A stretch of DNA of 64,000 nt, taken from the NCBI RefSeq assembly GCF_009914755.1, contig NC_060935.1; one strand, given 5' to 3'. The DNA comes from the human T2T-CHM13v2.0 reference genome, Homo sapiens. The translations under genes were made by a program, and so were the position numbers. Position 1 is the first letter of the stretch. Each line of letters begins with the position of its first letter. This document shows, one piece after another, positions 55,299 to 64,000 of this stretch. The notes below the pieces were generated by a model. It saw only the letters and a list, made by a program, of their open reading frames with translations. It made no database searches and was not told the DNA's origin.

Positions 55299-55588
55299 CT
55301 GGCAAATGGGGGCAGTCATCACAGATCTCGTGGGTTGTTGCGAGGCCTAAGTGAGAAAATACAGTGAGAGCTTCTTGTAAACCACAAATGCTACATACAT
55401 GTACATAGAGGTGATGCAGGAACGCCATTACCCCGTTGCCCATCTGGCTCCTCCAGACGCAGTGGTCCTCCAGCCCTGGATGAAACCCCATAAACTTCAC
55501 TCCTTAGAGCTCAAAGGGCCCATTAGAAACCATCTGGTCCAAACGGTCTGATTTTACAGATAGGGAAATTAAGACCCAGAGAGAGAGG
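55299..55588 (+). repeat. Local dispersed duplication, copy 1 (donor)
   Basis: Aligns to 56807-57106 at ~93% identity by hand alignment. Confidence 0.95.
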
Positions 55589-55793
55589 CTTTGCCCAGAG
55601 TCTAACAGCCAGTGAACATCGTGCTGGCCCTAGAAGCGGGTCTCCTAACTCATACTCTTTCTACTCCTTCAGGCTATCAAAGCTACCCCTACCCTCTGCG
55701 CCCCATCTCTCTCCACTGTGGTCTGCCCCCGGGTGGAACTGAATCAGGGAACCTTCTCTCTGCTCCCTTATTGGCTAACACATCCCCTGTTTT

Positions 55794-55841
55794 GAGTGAA
55801 GCCATGCTGCTGAACCAGAGTGAAACCATGCTGCTGAACCA
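55794..55841. repeat. 24-bp tandem duplication
   Basis: GAGTGAA(G/A)CCATGCTGCTGAACCA x2. Confidence 0.95.
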
Positions 55842-56806
55842 TTAAGAGGCTGGGCCTCCCCCAAGAGGCTCCTGGACAGTATCTGTGCTCCAAATAATTT
55901 AAAGTCCTGGGTGTAGCCCTGTGAGAGACAGCTGAGATTTTAAAGCCTTTGGGGATCCTGCCAATCATATCAGCAGCTGCCCTTGTCCTAACTGGGGTCA
56001 CCAATGGCTTCACCACAGCCCTGAAGGGAACTCCCTCACCCCATCCCAGCCATCAGAGAAAGATTGAATTGTTTCACATCCTAGACATAATCCAAAGTTC
56101 ACAATGGTTACCAGAGCTGAGTTATCCCTTTTAACTCTCAGAGTGCTGAAAAGTTTGTTTCCCCCTTGTGGGGTGTTGCACGTATTCCCTACTTTAGTCA
56201 TAGTGCCCCCTCCTTCCTAAGCCCACTCAGCCCTCTGCTCGCCAATTGAGGAGAGTTGAGGGGACAGTCTGGCTCAAAGCCCCTCCCTGGAACTGTCTTC
56301 CAATAATACCCTCCCTGAGGTGTCTGCCACCCTCTCTCCAAACTCTTTCCAAATTAAGAACCAAGCTCCTTGCTCACCTCATCTTTCCCAGGGTCTTCCA
56401 GCTCCAGCCAGCCCACCAGATGCCCAGCTCGACACCCACACTCCAAGCTGCCAACAGGCAGGGCGGCCAGCCAGACTCAGTGGAGACAGGCCAAGCCCAG
56501 AATTCAGTCCCAGCCTCATCCTCCAGGCCAGCAGGCAAGGGTAGTTGAGATAATGATGAGGAACTCCAGCCCCATTTCTGAGCTCCAGCTCAAGCCTCAG
56601 CTTCCTCCTCTGTAAAGCAAGGGTAACTGTACCTTCCTCCCAGAGCTGCTCAAGGATGAAGTGAGACAGCATGCATAGACACCTTGCCTGAGGAGGCTTC
56701 CAAAAGGGTCTGGTCCTCACCTCTTCCCAGGGGTGGGCTTTGCAAGCCTCCTCCCTGCCTCCCTTGGGCCTGAAGATCGTCTTGGTCTTGACCTCTCCCT
56801 GCAAAG

Positions 56807-57106
56807 CTGGCAAATGGGGGCAGTCATCACCGATCTCATAGGTTGTTGCGAGGCCTAAGTGAGAAAATGCAGTGAGAGCTTCTTGTAAACCACAAATGCT
56901 GTGTATATGGAGATGATGTAGGGACACCATGACCCCATTGCCCATCTGGCTCGCCCAGACCCAGTGGTCCTCCAGCCCTGGATGAAACCCCATAAACTCC
57001 ACTTCTTACAGCTCAAAGGGCCCATTAGAAACCATCTGGTCCAAATGGTCTGATTTTACAGATAGGGAAATTAAGACCCAGAGAAATTAAGACCCAGAGA
57101 GAAAGG
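56807..57106 (+). repeat. Local dispersed duplication, copy 2, with internal 16-bp tandem duplication
   Basis: Copy of 55299-55588; GAAATTAAGACCCAGA doubled at 57067-57098. Confidence 0.95.
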
Positions 57107-57288
57107 TTGACCAACGATACAATGAAGAGAAGGATGATGATTTCCTCCTACCCTTTCAACTAGGACTCAGGAATCAGAGCTTCAAGGTCAGGGTTCAAAG
57201 TGTGTGGATGTGCTCTGGGAGCAGTAGAGAGGCTGGGGTACTACAGCGGTGTGATCCACAGCTGGAGAGACAGGAGATGAATAAGGAG

Positions 57289-57612
57289 TGGAAATCATCA
57301 TTCTCAGTAAACTATCACAAGAACAAAAAACCAAACACCACATATTCTTACTCATAGGTGGGAATTGAACAATGAGATCACATGGACACAGGAAGGGGAA
57401 CATCACACTCTGGGGACTGTTGTGGGGTGGCAGGAGCGGGGAGGGATAGCATTGGGAGATATACCTAATGCTAGATGACGAGTTAGTGGGTGCGGCGCAC
57501 CAGCATGGCACATGTATACCTATGTAACTAACCTGCACGATGTGCACATGTACCCTAAAACTTAAAGTATAATAATAAAAAAATAAAAAATAAAAAAAAT
57601 TTAAAAAAAAAG
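57289..57612 (+). mobile_element. L1PA2-type 5'-truncated L1 (3'UTR plus A tail)
   Basis: CATTGGGAGATATACCTAATGCTAGATGACGAGTTAGTGGG (GAG, not the Ta ACA)...ACTTAAAGTATAATAATAAAAAA. Confidence 0.92.
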
Positions 57613-59039
57613 AAAGGGTAGGAGGGTCCAGAGGTGACACAGTGGGTAAATAGCAGGGGGAGGAGGCTGAGGAGGAGGCAGAAATGAATCTTTCCAAGTC
57701 CGCTGCTAGCAAATTCCAACATGACTTCCTTCTTCACAGCAACTTAGCCGAATTTCTATCTTTATTAATCAAATAACAAATTTAATTAATTACTTTAAAT
57801 TGCTTTAATTGAATCTAGAACGAGAGCGTGGACAAAATCCCAAGAAGTAATGAACCCAGGCATTTCCAGCATCTGGAGTTGAAATGATCTTTAATTTCAA
57901 TTTGGGAGCAAAAATAATGTGACTGCAGTCAAACCCTCCCCTCACAGCCTGCTCCCTGACAGCTTTGTTACTGCCTGCAGTGCTGACAGGGCCTCCGCAC
58001 CCTGTTCTTTCACCCTCCTTAGCAGCAATGTTCTTCCTGCCTCAACTTACCTCAACTGAGAAATGGGTACAGGCCCCACCTGCAAGTGTCCTGTAAGTAC
58101 TGGAGCACAGGAGCTGCTTGGAGATTGTACGGTAACAGAACAGGGAGTGGCACACATTGATCAGACAGCAGCGAAGCTCTCAGGAGCAAGGCACATCCTT
58201 GCCTCCGTGCCTCTCCCCGTGCTGTGCTCCCTTCCAGGAATGCCTTTCTTTACCCTTTTCCAGCTGTTGCATCCCTGCCTTCAGTTCTGATGGCTGGTTC
58301 AAATGTCCCTTTCAAAGGAAAGCTGCTCCCCATCCCCCACCCCAGAAAGGAGTTGGAGAGATGAAAGTGTTTTCCCTGGTTGGCAGTTGCCCTCCAAGTG
58401 GTAGCTCTGGGCCAGTAAGAGGGAAAATGGAACACAACCAACTTTTTTTTTTGGCAGGGGTCATGGTGGGAAGAATATATTCTCTGGATGTGAAAGATGA
58501 GGCGAGAGAGGCTCAGAGAAGTGAAGTGATTTACCCAAGATCACACAGCTGGGTAGTGGTCAAGCCACACCTAACCCTAGGCCTGACACAGCTGCCTTTC
58601 TGTCCCTGGCTGGGTATCAGAAGAAAAAACCCAAAATCCCCCTTAAAGCTCTATCTTGCTGTCTTCTCTCCACCCTGAGCCAGTAGATCCCATCAGTCCC
58701 CTCTCTCCCTGCTCCCTAATACCCTCTCTCTCTTCTGATTCCACCCACCCTTGCCTCTCAGGCCTCTCTCCAACCGGGGCATACCTTTGTTCCAGCCTGA
58801 CCTCCAGGTGCCCTGTGTTAGAAGAATGCTAAGGCAGCCAAGGTACTCCTGAGTCTTTCATTCTTATTATCATGGTTATTATTTTGTATTACTATTTTAC
58901 TATTAGTCTTCCCCTCAGCTGCCAGGTCTCAATGGCATCCTTTCCATTGTGCCATGCTCCTGCTCAAACACCTACCATGGCTCCCTATTACCTGTAGCCT
59001 CAAGTTTAAACACTTCTTTGGGCTCTTAAGATCCTCCAA

Positions 59040-59240
59040 AACTTGGTTCCACAAATGTCAGGCAGTTGCCCCAACATACTCTATGCCCCTGGGAAATTTA
59101 CTTAACTTTTTTGAACCTTCATTTTCTCCTCTGTAAAGTGGACATTGTAATCCCTAACTTATAAAACTGTGCTGAGGATACAATGAAAAGAAACCTATGA
59201 AACCCAGCGCAGTGCCTGGCATCTCAGTTGCCTTCAGGAA
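59040..59240 (+). mobile_element. MIR SINE
   Basis: TTACTTAACTTTTTTGAACCTTCATTTTCTCCTCTGTAAAGTGG...CAGTGCCTGGCA. Confidence 0.7.
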
Positions 59241-60134
59241 ATGTGAGTGCTCATTCCAGCCACGTCTCCTGCCTCTCTAACCTTACTTCCCGCTGGGCTG
59301 CCACACACATTCTCAACTCTACCCAGGATGGAATCTTCACTTCTCCTGGAAAAACTTTTATTAAAAAAATTTCTACCACATCCTTCAAGCTTCAACTCAG
59401 ATGGACACACCCCTAATTCATGATTCATTTGGGGACTGGGAGTAGTGCATGGTCTCTCATCCTGTCTCCAAGTAGGATTTGGTGTAAAGCCAGCCCAAGA
59501 GGCGAAGCCCAATCTCACTCTCCAGGGTTAGGGACGAGGAATTCCCCATCAGCCAGGATCTCTGAACACCAGATTCTGGCTAGAGCCCCTGCCCCATCCA
59601 GCACTCCATGACACCTATCAGGGTCCTGCCCACCCCCTCCAGGAGTGTCTCCTCACTTTCCATTCTCCCTGAAACAATCTGCTGCTTAGCAAAGTGTTTT
59701 TAGGCATTAAAGCACATCACACCCTTCTTTTCTCCCAGAAAAGCTCTTATTTTCCTGAAATCTCAGGAGCCAGTTTTTCCTGCCAAGAATATTCCACCTC
59801 AGCCCAATCCCAGGAACTGCAGAAGGATCGAGATGCTTGGAGGGACCCCCTCCCGCTCCCCTACACCCCTTTCCACTCCAGCTTCTGCATAAGGGAGCAA
59901 CCCTCCCATTTACTGATGGGAAAAGTGGGCCCCTAAAGGAAAAAGAAAATTTGTGTGTCCAAAGTCAAAGAGAGAGTTGGTGCACCAGGAAACAGAATAG
60001 AAGATACTGGTAATTCACCTTCCCTAGTGGGAGATCTAAAGCAGAGGTCATCCAGAGTTGTACGAAGGATCAATGTGATCAATAACAGGCCCATTATAAC
60101 ATTTAGGGGCCTGGCCAGGCATCTCCTCTCTCCA

Positions 60135-60565
60135 CAGGGCTTCCATAACAAATTACCAAAAATGGGCTTAAAACAACAGAAATGTAATCTCCCACAGCTC
60201 TGGAGGCCAAAAGTCCAAAATCAGTGTCGGTAGGGCTGCACTGTCTCTGGAGGCTCGAGGGGAGAGTCCTTCCTGGCTTCCTGCAGCTTCTAGTGGTGCT
60301 TGGTGTTCCTTTGCTTGTGGCACCCCAGTCTCTGCCCTTCATCACTGCAGTCTCTGCCCCTGTCTTCACGTGGCCTTTTCCTCTGGGTCTGTCTCAAATC
60401 TCACTCTTCTTTCTCTTATAAGGGCATCTGTCAGGATGCTCCCATCTCAAGATCCTGAACTCACTTACATCTCAAAAACACCGCTTCCAAATAGGGTCTC
60501 ATTCACAGGTCCTGGGGGTCAGGACTTGGACATATCTTTTGGAAAACACAATTCAACCCATTACA
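60135..60565 (-). mobile_element. MLT1B/C-like MaLR LTR
   Basis: CCATAACAAATTACC...GGCTTAAAACAACAGAAAT...CACAATTCAACCCATTACA. Confidence 0.85.
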
Positions 60566-61419
60566 CCACATGAGCCCTGCCAACCATGAGGCCTCACTGC
60601 CTCTGAAACTGACCTCTTTGGGTTTGCCTGAAAGGGCTTTGGCAGCCTCAGCCTGGTAAGCTGCTCACCTGTCCCAGACCTCTGACTCTCTAGAAAATGG
60701 CTCAATATCTCTTGGACCCTCCCTGATGACCTTTATTAGAGGGGCCCTGGGAATTTTCTGCGGGTGAAGCACGATGTGATCTCAGAAGCCAGGCCCCAGT
60801 GCCAGGGAGATGAAGTTCCATTCCTGGCTCTACCACTTGTCAAACCTGTGACTTTACATAACTCCCTGTGTCTCAGTTTCTCCATCTACAAAATAAAGGC
60901 AGTATCCTCATCAGTGGCTCTTTGTATTAGAAAGACATAGTGAATGTCCCGGCAGGGCATGAAGTTGGTGTCCATAACCAGTTACTATCATGGTACTCCC
61001 ACCTTTCATTTATTCCCGGGGAAGCATCTCCCCAGCCATCCCCTGCAGGGGCCTCAGCCTTCCTCTCAGTCTCCAAGGTGCTCAGGAAACTTCTTGTCCT
61101 CATAGCGTCTCCTGAAGGATACATTGTTATTCCCATTTTGCAGACAAGAAAAAGCATAAATATGGGTGGCACAGTTTGCTCCAATGACAGTCACCCATCT
61201 TTAGGGGAACACTGAGTGAAGCGCCCCATGCACGGGGATACTCATTTTTTTGAGGTCTGTTTATTTTGACTCCCTCCACTCTCCCACCGTCTGGTCACCC
61301 ATGGCATGGCTGTCATTAGAACAAACACTCAAGGCAGTTTGTCTTTCCCCTACATTCCCCCATCCTGGCCTCATGACATCCAGGAGTGGGGGTCAGGCAG
61401 GGCAGATGTCATTGTCATT

Positions 61420-61760
61420 GTTACACCCATCTTGCAGATGAGAGGATGGAACCTAGCTAAGAGAGGAGGAACCTAGCTCCTAAGATCACAGCACTTTGTA
61501 CTGGCAGTGGCAGAACTCAGATCTTCTGACTCATAATTAGCATTCCAACCATTTCACAACACAGTCCAGAACTCAGTCATTCATTAAACAGTGAAGATAT
61601 AATAACAACTAATATGGAATATTTTTACAACGCTGAGAGGCAGAGATCCTTTCATCCCCATTCAAGAAATGAGAAAATTGAGGCTCAGAGAAGATCGCAG
61701 CATCAGGATTTGAACTTAGGTCTCTGTGCCTGCTCCCAAACGCTCCCAAACCAGCTCTGT
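61420..61760 (-). mobile_element. Two MIR fragments
   Basis: CCCATCTTGCAGATGAG...AAGATCACAGC; ATGAGAAAATTGAGGCTCAGAGAAG. Confidence 0.65.
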
Positions 61761-63299
61761 ACCCACTGTGCTGCACTGGCTGCTGCAAGAAGCTGTTCCA
61801 CCTGAACCCTGAAAGCCAATCATGGTCTCTGCCCTCAAGACACTCCCAGTCTTGAAGGGGAGGTAAGTCTAGGTGGCCAGGGGCCAGCTCTCTAAGAGGC
61901 AAACAGACTCAGAGGGTAGCACAGCTTCCTCCCCCTCTGAGAGGAGCTGCCCTCTCCTCCCCAGAGCTGGATTGAGATCAGAGTAGGACTAGGGAGCTGC
62001 CATTCTGAGAAGAACATCCTGCCGATCCCATCCCTGAGATGTCCATTTGGGGTGGGGGCAGGGCAGAGAGGTATTGCCGGTGGGGCTCACTGGGGCTTTG
62101 GGGCTGGGGACTTTGGAGGCTCCTTCAATCAGGGAGTTGAGGCTGGGAGGCCTATGGTGAGCACCGGCCACCCCAGCAGAGGGAGCAGATGTCTCAGCCT
62201 CTCCCTGTTCCCTGGCAAACCTCATCTTTTATAAATAGTTGTACTTGCTGGGAGCCAGAGAGAGTTGAGGTTTCAGCATCTCTGACAGCCCGGCAGAGCC
62301 AGGCCCGTCTGCCTGGAGCTACGCGTGCTCACATAACACCCCCTCCCCAGCCCGCAGCCCAACCGCCACAAGGGTGTCATTGCACCCAGGACGCACGGCG
62401 TCTTGGCATGTGCTGGCTCCACGTGGCTGGTGGGTTGTGTGGGCTCTTGGGCAAAGGAACCAAGTAATCAGAAAGCACTTTAGAACAGACGGATTCTGGA
62501 GGTAGTGAGCTCCTCATCCCTGGAAGGGTTCCAGGGGAGCTGGAGGTCTATGTAACAGATATGCAATAAACGAGCTTTGGACTCTGACGGATGGTGAGGG
62601 AAGAGGGAAAAGGCTGGGCCACATGATCCCAAAGGGTCCCACTGTACATCTAGGGTGGCATAGGTGGGGACTGTCAGGGCCATTGGTGGCTTAGCAAGAC
62701 TGTGACCTCCTTCCCAAGCTTTAAGATGCCCAGGAAGCTCACCTGTGTGGGTTCCTGAAACCCTCTGCTTCATGCGTGAGCCCAGCAATTTCTCTGGATT
62801 CAAGAATGCCAGGAGAGATTCTGTCCAGCATGTGGGATGCATTACTCATTAACTGCTCGTCACTGAGCATTTGTGCAGCTCCTTCAAAATACACCAGTGA
62901 GGCTGCCAGCTCCCCAGGGTTTCTGAGAAGCCCAGATGCTGGAGCAATATTCCCCAGCTCCTCTGATCTATGGGGAACCCTTGTTAGAGTAGGGAACCTG
63001 TGAGCCTCCTCAACTTTGGAAACTCTCCACTTTCTAAAGCTGAAAACTTAGGAAATCCTTGACCTTTGGGATCGGAGGTGAGTGTTCCCAATCTTAAGCC
63101 ATAAGGACAGGGACCAACTCTGTCTTATTCACTGCTCCTCTTGTCCATGGTGGCATTTAAATAACTGTGAACCAAATGGATGAATGACTGAGTGAACAAA
63201 TTACGTAAAAGTCACCGCATCACCTCCTTGCAGGAAGGCTGAGTCACTTGTGAAGTGTGCCCTCTGTCCTCTCTCTGAGGAGGTAGGGGACAAACATGA

Positions 63300-63525
63300 T
63301 GCTCTAGAAAGGATATCACCTCTGGGGTCAGACTAACTGGGTCCCAGTCCTGGCTCTGCCTCTTATTGGGTGCATAACCCTGGGTGAGATCCTCAACCAC
63401 TCTGCTTCATTAGCTGCAAAACAGAGATAATAATCCCTACCCCATAAAGATGCCATGAGAACATCTGAGATAACATTTTTAAATTGCCGAGCATCTAGTC
63501 AGCACTCCATAAATGATGCTGGTGG
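63300..63525 (+). mobile_element. MIR SINE
   Basis: TCTGGGGTCAGACTAACTGGGTCCCAGTCCTGGCTCTGCC...GCACTCCATAAATG. Confidence 0.7.
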
Positions 63526-64000
63526 TAGTCATTAGTGCCATTCTCCAAATGTTTGCAGTTCTCTTTCCAAGCACATGGTAGAATCCTACTTCCCCACCTT
63601 CTTGAAACTGGACATGGCCGTGATTTGCTTTGGCCAAATCAATGAGACCAGAAGTGATGTGCCTCTCCTTAATGGAGGCTTTAAGAGGTCATGTGTAATT
63701 CTCCACATTCTCTTCTTCCTGCTTCAGCAATCATAGCAGCAATAAGGTGGAATCATGACCAGCCTGGGTCCTGGAACGAGGAAGACGTGGGGCAGATCTA
63801 TCCAGTGGCCCTGGATGGCAAGGCACGAGGTAGGTTGTAAAGATGGCCGCAATTATTCCTCCCCTCCCTGTGTGCCTTCCCCTCTGCCAGATGGCTTTGC
63901 TATTCCTCCCATCCAGAGATGAAGTCCATTCCTACCAACCTTGAACCTGCTCAGCCATGTGATTTGCTTGGGCCAATGGCATATTTTTAAATATGATACA
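63525..64000 (+). mobile_element. Two MLT1 LTR fragments (second starts ~63826, truncated by window end)
   Basis: GTGATTTGCTTTGGCCAA...AGAAGTGATGTG; TGTAAAGATGGCCGCAATTATTCCTCCC...CCATGTGATTTGCTTGGGCCAATG. Confidence 0.7.

Noticed and set aside
55141-57002. Two similar - strand ORFs (MKFMGFHPGLEDH / MEFMGFHPGLEDH) resembling paralogous genes
   Set aside because: Similarity comes from the 290-bp DNA duplication; non-ATG starts, partly MIR-derived, no known protein homology
57188-57712. 174-aa ORF on - strand
   Set aside because: Antisense read of the L1PA2 3'UTR

Overview
Primate (very probably great-ape/human) non-coding genomic DNA. I see no credible protein-coding exon, RNA gene or CRISPR array. 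The ORF track is almost entirely chance ORFs and read-through of Alu, L1, MaLR and microsatellite sequence. The one gene-derived feature is a near full-length HMGN2 processed pseudogene (~37801-38985, +) with a destroyed start codon, an early stop, a frameshift and a lost stop. The rest is interspersed repeat, often nested and with recognisable target-site duplications (TSDs): many MIR and L2 fragments, 7 Alu-family copies, old L1M blocks, a young 3' L1PA2 fragment, MaLR/ERVL solo LTRs (THE1, MST, MLT1, MLT2, MER21A) and DNA transposons (MER47/Tigger5, MER82, Tigger4a, MER103, MER112, a solo Hsmar1 TIR). Between repeats are motif-dense unique islands that look like enhancers or promoters, notably a CpG-rich CCAAT/GC-box element at ~41.9-42.3 kb, an RFX X-box at 24.3 kb and a TAAT-rich island at 57.7 kb. 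There are also local rearrangement scars: a ~290-bp dispersed duplication, a 77-bp tandem duplication, and template-switch hairpins in two THE1 LTRs. I find no evidence for a new multi-gene biological system. Repeat names come from recalled consensus sequences, not a database search, and boundaries of old repeats are approximate.
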